The position numbers and the translations under genes were made by a program. Below, one piece after another: positions 20,131 to 30,418 of a DNA stretch of 64,000 bases (positions are counted from its first letter, which is position 1; every line of letters begins with the position of its first letter). This stretch comes from Candidatus Poribacteria bacterium (lineage in GTDB: Bacteria > Poribacteria > WGA-4E > WGA-3G): assembly GCA_964291315.2 (NCBI GenBank), contig OZ219753.1, positions 2,944,001-3,008,000 on the forward strand, given 5' to 3'. The notes below the pieces were generated by a model. The model was not told the DNA's origin. It made no database searches and saw only the letters and a list, made by a program, of their open reading frames with translations.

Positions 20131-21024
20131 TTACAGTTCTTTGCCGACAATAAGACGATACGCTTCGCGATATTTTTCACTCGTTTTAGAAATAACAGAC
20201 TCCGGCAACTCAGGCGCAGGCGGCTTTTTGTTCCAACCGATCTCGGAGAGGTAATCTCTGACGAACTGTTTATCGAAACTTTGCTGAGGTTTACCGGGGG
20301 TGTAGAGGTCTGCAGACCAGAAACGCGATGAGTCAGGTGTGAAAACTTCATCGATAACAATAAGTGCGCCGTTGCATTGACCGAATTCAAACTTGGTATC
20401 ACAGAGGATGATTCCAGCACTCTCGGTGTGTCGGCTTGCGGTTCTGAAAAGTTCAAAACTGGTGTCGATCAACCGATCTGTCAGTTCACTGCCGATCTGA
20501 TTCCGCATCTCTTGAATCGAGATGGGTTCATCGTGTTCACCTTGTTCTGCTTTGGTTGTTGGCGTGAAGAGGAGTTCTGGAAGTCGATCGGACTCTCGGA
20601 GTCCATCAGGGAGTTTCTGTCCACAGATCTCGCCTGTCTTCTGGTAGGAAGACCAGCCAGACCCAGCGAGATAACCGCGTACGACACATTCAACGTCCAC
20701 GCGATCGGCTTTTCTGACGAGCATGGAGCGCCCGTTTAAAAGGTCAGCATCTGCCTGTAGAATGTCCGGATAATCTGCGACTTCTGTTGTAATCAGGTGA
20801 TTGTCAGCGACAGGTTTGGTGTAGTTGAACCAAAATTTGGACAAACCCGTTAGAATTTTGCCCTTATCAGGGATGCCGTTTGGTAAAACGACATCGAAGG
20901 CGGAGAGTCGATCGGTGGATACAATCAGGAGTTCATCTCCGAGATCATAGAGATCCCGAACCTTGCCACTGTGAATTGGCGATAAGTTGGTTAATTGTGT
21001 AGAGGTAATAATGTCTTGAGACAT
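20131..21024 (-). CDS. purC: Phosphoribosylaminoimidazole-succinocarboxamide synthase
   Basis: GKVRDLY, DRLSAFD, ECVVRGY, DTKFEFG, TPDSSRFW and FDKQFVRD motifs; ATG 21024 after gaaggag. Confidence 0.97.
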   Translation of the reverse strand: MSQDIITSTQLTNLSPIHSGKVRDLYDLGDELLIVSTDRLSAFDVVLPNGIPDKGKILTGLSKFWFNYTKPVADNHLITTEVADYPDILQADADLLNGRSMLVRKADRVDVECVVRGYLAGSGWSSYQKTGEICGQKLPDGLRESDRLPELLFTPTTKAEQGEHDEPISIQEMRNQIGSELTDRLIDTSFELFRTASRHTESAGIILCDTKFEFGQCNGALIVIDEVFTPDSSRFWSADLYTPGKPQQSFDKQFVRDYLSEIGWNKKPPAPELPESVISKTSEKYREAYRLIVGKEL

Positions 21025-21076
21025 ATTTTTCTCCTTCAGAAACAATCATGAGCAGCTGGTGCTCTTTTGTCTGGCT

Positions 21077-21679
21077 TTATTCTTTCAGTAAATTTTGTAG
21101 GACTGCTGCGGTCCTATGAGTTCTATCTATTTGGAGCGCCTTGTTGGTTTCCTGCTTGGCAGACTGCATCTCGCTGAGATAGTAGTAACATGATGCCCTC
21201 AAGGCATACAGGTCGGCTTTGGTATGATAGTCATGCCGAAACAGGTATTCGGTATCCGCTTGTAAGGCGTTATCTATTGCAAGGATGGCTGACCTGAAAT
21301 CGGAGAGATCTTTATTCCGCAGGTAAAGTGTGTTTGCAAGCCCAACCCATGCGTCAGCATTGGATGCATCGAGCTGCACAGCGTTCTGGAATGCTTCTTG
21401 TGCAAGTTTTGGGTCCAAGGATAGACTAAGATGGCTCCAGGCTACGCCGTTGTGTGCATCGGCGAGTCCATCGTCGAAATTGAGAGCTCGCTCAAAACTC
21501 AGCAAGGCTTCTGCATAGTTCCCTGCCCTATAAGAACGCCATCCCGATTCTGTATAATTGACCGCATTCGGAGTGTCTGTTTCAGAGTCGCTTGAGCAAC
21601 CGCTCTGCATGAGAAGACAAATGCAGAATACAGTCATAGATATCATGTGTAGTGTCGTTCTCAATTTAATAGAAGTCAT
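21077..21679 (-). CDS. TPR-repeat lipoprotein
   Basis: Lipobox-like LMQSGC; TPR helices GNYAEALLSFERAL, AHNGVAW and AWVGLAN. Confidence 0.75.
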   Translation of the reverse strand: MTSIKLRTTLHMISMTVFCICLLMQSGCSSDSETDTPNAVNYTESGWRSYRAGNYAEALLSFERALNFDDGLADAHNGVAWSHLSLSLDPKLAQEAFQNAVQLDASNADAWVGLANTLYLRNKDLSDFRSAILAIDNALQADTEYLFRHDYHTKADLYALRASCYYYLSEMQSAKQETNKALQIDRTHRTAAVLQNLLKE

Positions 21680-21819
21680 AATAGTTGTTAGCAGTCAGTA
21701 AGCTGATACATCTATCCGATGTGTTTCTCTTTTCTTTTTTCCTATGGGAACGAGTTCCACTTGCGACTTCTTATAAAGTCCAGCTCGACCTCCTGCCTAT
21801 CATTCATTCGCAGCTATCA

Positions 21820-24800
21820 TTAGTCAGATTTGAGCGTTTTCAAGAGAGGACTTCGCAGTGCCACAGCAACCGAAGCAGCATTTGCAATTATACCAAAACT
21901 GAAGATCAGAAGCAAGGTAATTGTGAGCGAGATCCACGGAAAAGAGGGGAAATGTGCTTGGGAAGCAAGTACTGCAGTAAGTCCAGCTGCAATCCCGATC
22001 GACATACCTACAACCAGCAGAAAGCAGCTTTCGAGGAACAACATCCACGAGAGGAATTGTCGGCGGAAACCGAAGGCACGGAGGGTCGCGAGTTCACCAC
22101 GCCGTTCAATAATGTTCCTAAATAGGATGAGGGCGACTCCGAAGGTGCCTAGTAGCACACCTAACCCACCCAAGCTCTGAAAAGTGGAGATGTAAGTATT
22201 CTCAACCGATCGATAACTTGCGAGTCTCGCCGATGCCGATGTCAGGTCAAATCCGTAGTCACTGAGCGTTTTCTCTAAGATTTGTGCTGTTTTTTCGCGC
22301 AATTCGGAAGGCGTTTTGACGAGGAAAAACTGATAACCACTTTGGTTTGGAAAGTACTTCGTGAAATTGGACTCCGAGATAATCAATTGGCTTTGAAAAA
22401 GACTTCCTTGAACCGTTTCCAGATTTAAAAGAAGTGGTTTCCCAAATGCATCTTGGACGAGAAAATCGTCATCAGGGTTGTGGTGTAAGATCCAACGAAG
22501 TGAGTTGTCATCACCGATAGCAGCTATTCTTCCCTCTCCGAGGTCACTTAATTCTAATCGATTCCATGGGGGTTTTGCCAACATAGCATTGGAAGCCCCC
22601 AAAATTTGAGGACTCTGAGGCCTGTAGAGATTCAGACAACTAACATCTTCACCGGGAAGCACACGAAAGGGAATGATTTCTGATGCCCTGAGAAATTCGG
22701 AATCCCTTTCGGAGAAACCGATTTCAAATCTACCTTCAGCGGTATTAAGGTTATGGTGTAAAGGGAGCGCTGACTCAGCAACAAAGGCATATTCTGTGTC
22801 AGGCGGTGCATCGTGCCGATTTACACCGACTGCTACTATGATGCAACACGCCAAGCTAACGGTTTGGACGCAAGCTGTGCTGCGTCGAGGGTGACGTGCG
22901 GCATTTTTGAGGGCAAATCGTAGTCTATTCAACCGTTTTGGAATCCGTTGTGACTTTAGCCAGCTCTCAAAAGCAGTCCGTCCGACACCAATAATACCCA
23001 AAGTCAGTAGTAAGAAATCGATGATCGGGTTTTCTATCCAGATACCGAAGGTATCGGAAAACCGATTGTCAAAAAAGAGAAAAAAGACTACTAGCATACC
23101 GAGGAACGCAATAGCGCTGCTCTTCGCGATTGCTAGCCCCGGAAGCGCTTTAACCTTTTTTTTCTCTAGGCTGGGAGCTGTCCTAGTGAAATTGCTTTGA
23201 CCGGCAAGCAGTGCAGTTATAGATGCCTGCCCTAAGTCCCGGACGGTTAAGCAAATAGAGATCATTATAACAGCTAGTGCGATGAATACACCTATCAGCA
23301 GACTCCACGGGTTGACATAGAGTTCCATAAAAGGCGTACCAATAGCAGGTAACCACCATGTCTGTACTCCGAATATCATTAATTGTGCGTATCCAATCGC
23401 CAACAGACACCCCAGCAGGCTACCGATACCGGCGATAGCGGCTCCCTCAAAAAGAAAACGGCGGCGGATTTTGGCAATAGGGTAACCAACCGCTTGTAAA
23501 ATACCGATTTCACGTGATCTCTGCTCCACGCCGATTCGGAAGAGCATCGCTATTAATAATGCAACCGCGATAATGATAAAACTACTGAGACTGCTAAACA
23601 GCATTCCAAAATCTGTTGCACCGATAGCGGCTTGTAGCCCGTCCTCTTGAAGAGATAAGAATTGGAATCCGACCTGTTCGGGGCGAATCCTTTTCAGCAA
23701 TTCGGTTTCAAAAAGCCTGCGTGTCGCTTGAATATCCGAATTTTGCAGAGGGCTCATCCGAATCGCAGTCAGATCGCCAAACCGATTTTTCCAGAGTCGC
23801 TTGCCCATTTCCAGCGAGATAAATGCCTTCGGGAGGGGTCCGTATTTGTCCCAATACATTTCATCCTGATCACGAATAAGTGTGTAATCAATCGGAAAAG
23901 GAGACTTCCATTCGGACATATCCGTAGTGTCGTGAATCCCCGGAAAATCAGGAATGATGTTTTTATCCGCAGCGATGCCCTCGATGGGCAGGATTCCCTT
24001 TAAAAGAAAGGACGCTGTTTCGATAGTATATGCTTCATCTGCACCGACCCTATAATATGTAATCGTGATGTTGTCGCCGACTTTTACTCCAAGGTCATTC
24101 GCTGTCCACGTATTCAGGAGAATCTCATTTTCCTGTAGGGCGGTTTTCCAAATCCGGACATTGTCTGCCAGTGGAACAGAAAGCCCACTCCGGTCGGTCA
24201 AGAGTGCAACAATCGTGGAATATGGAACGCTCTTTTCGTGAGCAGCTATTGTATTCGCGAGGTACGTCAGGGTCGGAAGTGCCGGGATCCCATGTTCAGT
24301 TGCAACCTTCAACGCTGTTTCCGCGAATACAGGTTTGAGGAGGTATTGCTGACTTTGGAGATCAAAGTGATTCTCATGAACCTGAATGCTCAATCCGAGT
24401 GCCTCAAGCGTCAGTATGAATTGACGAGGTGAGATCGGATCCGGTTCAGCTGTAAATAGGACGTTTACTTTCTCCGCTTGCCCAAGTACCTTTTGCAAGG
24501 CCGGAAGAGCGATGAAGGCATTGAAAGGCAGCCTCTGGTGTGCTTGTAGATTGAACCTCCCTGCATTCTGAGTCGGAACGATATCGCTCACGACTAAACG
24601 GAGACTCCGAATAGCCTCGGCAGCGTCCCGTTCGCCTAAGAGAAATTCCGGATGAATGTCGGCAATTTGTGGTATATTGACAAGAAGCGTCTCACCGACT
24701 TGCACATCTAACTCAGTTTGAAGTGCCTCGTTGATGATGATCGCGTTGAAAGGTTGATTAGAGGCTTTGTTTAGACTTGGAATCGGATCCTCTTTCCAAA

Positions 24801-25119
24801 AAGTGAAGAAACTTTCTGTCACGCCGAGGATGTTAACCTTTGATGCCCGGGTTTGTGCATGTGGCGCGGTGACTGCGCCGTTTAACAAAATCGCTGGCAC
24901 GTTGTTTTGTGTATTCAAAAGGTCCTGCTGGAAAAAGTGATCTGCGAGCACGGCATGCTGAATCGTGCCGAGCCGCTCTGCTGTGAGACTACGGAGACTT
25001 CCACGTACAGAATCCCCGACAATCAAAGCACCAGCGAGCACACCGGTCGCCACGGCAGTGCAAAGCGAGACGATGAGGTGTATCTGCCAAAAGTGTTGAA
25101 TGGAGGAAAATTTACGCAT
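21820..25119 (-). CDS. Large FtsX/MacB-like ABC transporter permease with two FtsX domains
   Basis: VEQRSREIGILQAVG and IIERRGELATLRAFGF motifs; multiple TM segments; 1099 aa. Confidence 0.88.
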   Translation of the reverse strand: MRKFSSIQHFWQIHLIVSLCTAVATGVLAGALIVGDSVRGSLRSLTAERLGTIQHAVLADHFFQQDLLNTQNNVPAILLNGAVTAPHAQTRASKVNILGVTESFFTFWKEDPIPSLNKASNQPFNAIIINEALQTELDVQVGETLLVNIPQIADIHPEFLLGERDAAEAIRSLRLVVSDIVPTQNAGRFNLQAHQRLPFNAFIALPALQKVLGQAEKVNVLFTAEPDPISPRQFILTLEALGLSIQVHENHFDLQSQQYLLKPVFAETALKVATEHGIPALPTLTYLANTIAAHEKSVPYSTIVALLTDRSGLSVPLADNVRIWKTALQENEILLNTWTANDLGVKVGDNITITYYRVGADEAYTIETASFLLKGILPIEGIAADKNIIPDFPGIHDTTDMSEWKSPFPIDYTLIRDQDEMYWDKYGPLPKAFISLEMGKRLWKNRFGDLTAIRMSPLQNSDIQATRRLFETELLKRIRPEQVGFQFLSLQEDGLQAAIGATDFGMLFSSLSSFIIIAVALLIAMLFRIGVEQRSREIGILQAVGYPIAKIRRRFLFEGAAIAGIGSLLGCLLAIGYAQLMIFGVQTWWLPAIGTPFMELYVNPWSLLIGVFIALAVIMISICLTVRDLGQASITALLAGQSNFTRTAPSLEKKKVKALPGLAIAKSSAIAFLGMLVVFFLFFDNRFSDTFGIWIENPIIDFLLLTLGIIGVGRTAFESWLKSQRIPKRLNRLRFALKNAARHPRRSTACVQTVSLACCIIVAVGVNRHDAPPDTEYAFVAESALPLHHNLNTAEGRFEIGFSERDSEFLRASEIIPFRVLPGEDVSCLNLYRPQSPQILGASNAMLAKPPWNRLELSDLGEGRIAAIGDDNSLRWILHHNPDDDFLVQDAFGKPLLLNLETVQGSLFQSQLIISESNFTKYFPNQSGYQFFLVKTPSELREKTAQILEKTLSDYGFDLTSASARLASYRSVENTYISTFQSLGGLGVLLGTFGVALILFRNIIERRGELATLRAFGFRRQFLSWMLFLESCFLLVVGMSIGIAAGLTAVLASQAHFPSFPWISLTITLLLIFSFGIIANAASVAVALRSPLLKTLKSD

Positions 25120-25139
25120 GTGCTGCTGGGCCAGAATCT

Positions 25140-25829
25140 TTACTTGACACTGCCAGTACCGTCCGCGAGTTGCAAATGCTGTTGAAAACGCGAGGCGATC
25201 TCAAGGTTATGTGTAACGACTATCAATATATTCTGCGCCGCGCCGTGCAGTTCAAAAATCAGATCTGCAATCGTTTCGGAAGTCGCCCTATCCAGGTTAC
25301 CCGTGGGTTCATCGCAAAGCAGAATACGGGGTTGATTGATAAGGGCCCGAGCAACAGCAGCACGTTGGCGCTCACCCCCGGACAGCTCGGCGGGACGATG
25401 CGATATGCGGTGCGTGAGTTCAACGCGTCTGAGGAGTTCCTGAGCACGCTTCGCCGCATTTTGCTGTCCCTTGGAGACAAGTGTCGGAATCAGAACGTTC
25501 TCAAGCACGGAGTACTGCGGCAGCAAATGGTGATCCTGAAATACGAACCCAATCACGGCGTTTCGATACCGGGCAAGTGCGGGCTCAGGAAGTGCGAATG
25601 GGTCCGTGTTGTTAATATTAACCCGCCCGCGACTCGGTTGCTCTAATGTACCGATGATATGTAGGAGTGTACTCTTACCGGAGCCAGAGGGGCCAGTAAT
25701 AGCAAGGGAATTTCCATGGGTAAGGCTAAATGAGATGTCGCGCAAGACTTGAAGGGATCCGAAATCTTTTGACAGATCGGTCACTTCAAGCATCGGGGCA
25801 GTGGTGTTCGACTCTTTCGTGGTCTGCAT
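25140..25829 (-). CDS. ABC transporter ATP-binding protein (LolD/MacB type)
   Basis: GPSGSGKST, LSGGERQR and DEPTGNLD motifs. Confidence 0.93.
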   Translation of the reverse strand: MQTTKESNTTAPMLEVTDLSKDFGSLQVLRDISFSLTHGNSLAITGPSGSGKSTLLHIIGTLEQPSRGRVNINNTDPFALPEPALARYRNAVIGFVFQDHHLLPQYSVLENVLIPTLVSKGQQNAAKRAQELLRRVELTHRISHRPAELSGGERQRAAVARALINQPRILLCDEPTGNLDRATSETIADLIFELHGAAQNILIVVTHNLEIASRFQQHLQLADGTGSVK

Positions 25830-25891
25830 AAACTAAGATCCTAATGGATGATGTTATAGACTGCATAAGTAGGGAAGATGTTAATAAATAC

Positions 25892-26305
25892 TTATGGACA
25901 GCAAATCTGATCAGCAATAAAATCCGGAATAGGGATTGCCCGCAGTTTTTCACCGGGGTTGGTTACACAACAGACAGCGGTGATTTCTCCTCGTGCGATG
26001 TCTGTTCCTTGACGTGTAAAGTGAAATTGATAGGTGAGCGATTTGGTCCTTTTTTTGGAGATCCACAGCCGGATGTCAACCTCATCTTCAAATCGAAGCG
26101 GGCGCAAATATTCACACGAAGCTGCGAGTCGGGGCCATCCGATTTTATCGCCGTTCCATTCGGTTGCGACACTCGTCCCCAAACCCCGCAGGAATTCGTG
26201 TTCTGCGGCTTCCATAAAAACAAAAAATCGCGTGAAATGGACAATTCCGGCCATATCGGTGTCAGCAAACTCAATTTTCCGTTTGGTTCGGTACTCAGTT
26301 GTCAT
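25892..26305 (-). CDS. Acyl-CoA thioesterase (4HBT/YbgC-like hotdog fold)
   Basis: FADTDMAGIVHF and CEYLRPLRFED motifs. Confidence 0.88.
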   Translation of the reverse strand: MTTEYRTKRKIEFADTDMAGIVHFTRFFVFMEAAEHEFLRGLGTSVATEWNGDKIGWPRLAASCEYLRPLRFEDEVDIRLWISKKRTKSLTYQFHFTRQGTDIARGEITAVCCVTNPGEKLRAIPIPDFIADQICCP

Positions 26306-26329
26306 TTTTTTGCGGTCGATTATCGGGTA

Positions 26330-26434
26330 TCAGTTGTCAGTTAGGTAAGAAGAGATCTCGTAACTTTCCACAACTCTCTGGCACTGTCAGAGAGTTGTGG
26401 AAATTTTACGAAACTGCTTTTAACTGACAATTGA
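26330..26434. repeat. Nested ~105-bp intergenic palindrome (MITE/REP-like)
   Basis: Outer arms tcagttgtcagtta / taactgacaattga; inner arms tttccacaactctctg / cagagagttgtggaaa around a 7-nt loop. Confidence 0.8.
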
Positions 26435-26445
26435 CAGTTGTTCCT

Positions 26446-27849
26446 CTACATTTTTGGAAATTCCGGAACATCCTCGTAACGGCTCCAAGTCTCGGAGTGG
26501 ATACGCCAGTGTCCATCCGTCGGGTCCACCATAAGATTCAGTCGTTTTGTCCCGTAATCTGAATAAGCGGGGCGACTGCCGCTGGCCCGCACGCCAGTGA
26601 ATTTTTGTAAGAATTGGACATCTGCGACCGCTCGGTCCCCGTTGATTTGCAAATTAGAGATAGAGACCTGAACTTCGGCATATATGTTGTTGAGTTTCTC
26701 CATCTTCGTCCGGAGTTGTTCTTTTGTAAGGTGGGACGAAGTCTCCTTTCCCCCGCGTATGGTGACGCGTGTAATCCGAGCCCTTTCTGAGTAGATAGAC
26801 ATGTAGGTTCCCAGGTCTTTATCTTCCCAAGCTTTCTGCCACTTTCCCAAAACCTGTCTCACCTTGAGCTGCGTATCGAGCGGTGCGTTACCGTCAAAGG
26901 TGTTGTCGGATGTTTCACTCGGAACGTTATCCGTGTCGGGTGGGACCTCTGGTGCAAGGGCAATCGCATCAGACATTTCGCCGATCTGATCGTTAATGAT
27001 TTTCCATTTACGTCTGAAAAATCCTTTTTTTTCAATAGTGAGGGTCCGGACGTGCGTCTCAATGATGTTATCGCCACTCTCTAAGGTTACATTGATGTTG
27101 TCAACTATGTGGCGGTTTTTCTGGCGAGGCGCGGCGGTATAGAGGGCCTCTGCAAGAGTGACGACATGGATTTGGGACAGGAGTTCAGTGGCTCGCCGAA
27201 AACTGGCGGCTCGCTTTTTACGAGAAGACTTGTCCCACAGATCAGTGTACGCCTTCACATTCTGTGATTCCAAAGCGGCTTTCCAACTGAGGACGACCGG
27301 CATTACCGGGCTGTTGGGTTGTGTCGTTGTCTGCTCCACCGAATCAGGTACTGGCACGGTGGTGATAAGATCACTACCGACGATTTCGTCCTTAATAAGT
27401 TTCCAGCGTTGTTGAACGAACCCGTGTTTTTCGATAACCAGATTGCGCACCTGTTCTTGGGGTTCACCAGAATGGTAAGCGATGAGTGAGAGCCCTTCGA
27501 TTCGGTAGCGGTTGGAATATCGAGGTTCCCGAAATGTTTGTGTAGCACCTCCAAGCTTAACTTCCAATCTCACGCCGCCGCTGAGGAGGCTTGCTGTTTC
27601 GTGATAACCTGCCTCAGCGGATTGACGTTCACTTTTTACCCAGAGTGCGTCATACTTTCTGACACTACCAGATTCGAGGGCGTTTTTCCACTTTGCTAAG
27701 AAAGCAGTAGGTGTTTCACTGGAACTCATCAATATCACTAGCAGCGCAACGAAAGCGATAACGACCGCGGCAATACCGCCCCCCCATATTAGCCCCCGGG
27801 ATATAGCAGGTTTCTTTGATTGGTTTTGTCGGTTCTGTGTGTCGTTCAC
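26446..27849 (-). CDS. Membrane-anchored protein with three NTF2-like domains
   Basis: One N-terminal TM; three repeats of W..A(L/W)E...Y....W(K/R)(L/I)I..(D/E). Confidence 0.6.
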   Translation of the reverse strand: MNDTQNRQNQSKKPAISRGLIWGGGIAAVVIAFVALLVILMSSSETPTAFLAKWKNALESGSVRKYDALWVKSERQSAEAGYHETASLLSGGVRLEVKLGGATQTFREPRYSNRYRIEGLSLIAYHSGEPQEQVRNLVIEKHGFVQQRWKLIKDEIVGSDLITTVPVPDSVEQTTTQPNSPVMPVVLSWKAALESQNVKAYTDLWDKSSRKKRAASFRRATELLSQIHVVTLAEALYTAAPRQKNRHIVDNINVTLESGDNIIETHVRTLTIEKKGFFRRKWKIINDQIGEMSDAIALAPEVPPDTDNVPSETSDNTFDGNAPLDTQLKVRQVLGKWQKAWEDKDLGTYMSIYSERARITRVTIRGGKETSSHLTKEQLRTKMEKLNNIYAEVQVSISNLQINGDRAVADVQFLQKFTGVRASGSRPAYSDYGTKRLNLMVDPTDGHWRIHSETWSRYEDVPEFPKM

Positions 27850-28006
27850 AATTTAACCTCCGTGTTTTTTACCGATTGCGCCTGGGCGGTCCTTCTGGTG
27901 TCGCGGCAGTATTTCTATGTGTTAACAAACCATTCATAGCCGAAAACAGGCACTTTAATGAATGTGGACCGATGCCGAAACAGGGGCATCGCCCAAGCAT
28001 ACAGAG

Positions 28007-29335
28007 CTAAAAATTAGGCACGTTCTCATAGATTTGCCAGATCTCGTGATGAATTTTCCAGCTGCTCCCCACTTGATGCATCCATACTTCGCGAATCCAG
28101 ATATTGTGAAGTGCAGTGGCATCCTCGTCTACTGCGGGGGCAACCAGTCGGGTGAGTCGATGTATACCGATAACACTCTCGCCTTCAACCTGGGTCTCCA
28201 TTTTGACTTTGCTCCAGGCGTGGGTGTTCATCTCACGAAGGTCCAACTGAAGTTGATGTCGGTCGATTTTATTTCGATGCTCTTTGCTTTCATGAATCAC
28301 CACTTTGTCTGCGACAATGTCGCGGGCATAGTATGAAAGATGCGCGTTAAGGTTTTTACTGTGCCAGGCCTGTTCCCAATTAGTGAGGGCGGATTTACCT
28401 GCCTCAATCTGCTCCGTTGAGAGCGAGGTCCGCCCTGTTTTCAGGGGGTGTAGTACAGGTTGACTGTCAACATAGGCGCGTGCTGCTGCTGCTTTCTGGT
28501 TCAAATACTCCTCGTGCTCCCTATCAGCGGTTTGCTGACTTGCCTGTGTGAGTTTCTCGGTATAGATTGCTGCCTGTTCGCGGAGTTGCTTTCTCAGCAT
28601 ATTTATTTCAGCGATAACAGCGCGTTTCTGATGTCCTTCTTCCTTAGCCATTCTTTCGGCGACTTCCAGTTTCCGGCGCAGCTCTGAGACATCTTTCCCG
28701 TAGCTGCGGATTTTGGCTTCCGCGCGCTGGGATCTTACTTGTATATCTTCTAAGGTCTTGGAGAGTTCAGCAACTTGTGCGCTATAGGTCTTCCGTTTAT
28801 TGCTCAATTCAAGGTTCTTCTTCTGAAATTCGCTGAGCGTCTGTTTCAGGCGTTCCTTATCGCCCCGCACGCCCTGAATTTCTTTTTGGGCTTCGGCGAT
28901 TTCACTCTCCTTCACGCTTAGCGCCTGGCGAAGCTCATCCGCACCTGCTTCTTTTTCCAATAAAGCTGCATTCAACGCAGCGCTTTTAGCGACGCTAATT
29001 GCCTCTTTTTCTGCAACTGTCGCATGCATAACTGCCCGATACGCAAGATGGAGCGCCTCGTTGCCTTTTTTTTCATCGAGGGCACTCTTCGCTGCCTCAA
29101 GATTCGACGCTGCAGATTCAAACGACTCCGCTGCGAGTGATACAGCGTCAGCCTCTCGCGCAGCGGCAATTGCTGCTGACGCGTCCACTATGGCAGTATC
29201 GACTGCTGAGGGTTCAATTTTCCCGAGTTGACCACCACATCCTGCTAAACCAAACAAAATGAGGAGCAAACCGATAAATAAATTTCCGTGCCAGGCCGAG
29301 TTACCCCTCCGCGATAAAGCAATGAATTGTTTCAT
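28007..29335 (-). CDS. Lipoprotein with DUF4398-like Ala-rich helical domain, long coiled coil and C-terminal NTF2-like domain
   Basis: ATG 29335 after aaggag; lipobox LAGC; AIAAAREADA...A; heptad-rich middle; WEQAWHSKNL...WKIHHEIW. Confidence 0.65.
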   Translation of the reverse strand: MKQFIALSRRGNSAWHGNLFIGLLLILFGLAGCGGQLGKIEPSAVDTAIVDASAAIAAAREADAVSLAAESFESAASNLEAAKSALDEKKGNEALHLAYRAVMHATVAEKEAISVAKSAALNAALLEKEAGADELRQALSVKESEIAEAQKEIQGVRGDKERLKQTLSEFQKKNLELSNKRKTYSAQVAELSKTLEDIQVRSQRAEAKIRSYGKDVSELRRKLEVAERMAKEEGHQKRAVIAEINMLRKQLREQAAIYTEKLTQASQQTADREHEEYLNQKAAAARAYVDSQPVLHPLKTGRTSLSTEQIEAGKSALTNWEQAWHSKNLNAHLSYYARDIVADKVVIHESKEHRNKIDRHQLQLDLREMNTHAWSKVKMETQVEGESVIGIHRLTRLVAPAVDEDATALHNIWIREVWMHQVGSSWKIHHEIWQIYENVPNF

Positions 29336-29629
29336 TGATCTGACTCCTTTTATTTTAAATGTTTTTGTCCACAGTTCAATTGTTAGTTTCATCCACATAA
29401 AATTTCTGCTATTCTGTGATTCATAATAGGCGTGGTGAATTCGGTACTTCTTCACTGAATTAATAGAATATCATGTCTAACGGGTAGTGTCAAGGCAACG
29501 TTTCGAAATGCAGACAAAGTGGGGGATCAGCATTCGCTCTTAACAGATGAAATGGCACTGATAGGTGTAGCGTCTTGGCATGATTTCCACAAATACACAC
29601 CCCAAAACCCGATAGTTCCAAAATTGTAT

Positions 29630-29658
29630 TTGACATCGCTCGTAAATGCATGTATAAT
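29630..29658 (+). promoter_or_regulatory. Consensus sigma70 promoter for the ppi-kamA unit
   Basis: TTGACA-17 nt-TATAAT. Confidence 0.8.
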
Positions 29659-29818
29659 GTGTATTAATGCGTTATTTTCATAAATATCGGATATTGTGCT
29701 GCATAAATCGGTATCCGTTTGAAACTTCTTAACAGGCCTGGTATAGAATTTACGCTTATAGCCGCAAATCGAGCGGATCCTGCGTAAATCCTATAGGTAT
29801 AACAAAAAAGAAAAGGAT

Positions 29819-30385
29819 TTGTGGAAATTTCTGAATTTTCACACAAAAACTATGCGATTTGGCTTACTCAGTGCACTTTTAGCGACAGTTATTTCCTGCA
29901 ACAGCGAACAGCTGCCTCATGTAACGATTGAAACCGAAAAAGGCAACATTATTATTGAACTTTATCCCGCGGCCGCCCCCGCTACAGTAGCAAATTTCGC
30001 ACAACTCATCGAATCTGGGTTCTACAACGGCTTAACTTTTCACAGATTTGTTCAAGGTTTTGTCATCCAAGGAGGCGATCCAAAGGGAACAGGTAGAGGC
30101 GGCCCCGGCTGGACAATCCCTGGAGAATTCCAAGACCCTAACCTTCGCGAGAAGATGCCGCCCCATGAAAAGGGCGTAGTTGCGATGGCAAGGACACAGG
30201 ACCCTGATTCTGCCGGAAGTCAATTCTATATTTGTCTCAGCTCAGACGCGACCCGCTACGCGCATCTAAACGGCAACTACACCACCTTTGGAAAAGTTAT
30301 AGATGGAATAGAGGTCACAGACTTACTCCGAGAAGGGGACATCATGAATAAGGTGACAATTGAAAACTATACAGCAATGCGCTAA
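29819..30385 (+). CDS. Cyclophilin-type peptidyl-prolyl isomerase, probable lipoprotein (start may be ATG 29852)
   Basis: FYNGLTFHR, FVIQGGDP, AMART, SAGSQFYI and YTTFGKV motifs; TVISC lipobox-like. Confidence 0.93.
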   Translation: MWKFLNFHTKTMRFGLLSALLATVISCNSEQLPHVTIETEKGNIIIELYPAAAPATVANFAQLIESGFYNGLTFHRFVQGFVIQGGDPKGTGRGGPGWTIPGEFQDPNLREKMPPHEKGVVAMARTQDPDSAGSQFYICLSSDATRYAHLNGNYTTFGKVIDGIEVTDLLREGDIMNKVTIENYTAMR

Positions 30386-30418
30386 TTTCAATATTCGAAA
30401 GGATGGACAGAAATAGAA

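Noticed and set aside
29290-29335. Tat twin-arginine signal (SRRG) on the coiled-coil lipoprotein
   Set aside because: It lacks the following F-L-K consensus; a Sec lipoprotein signal explains it
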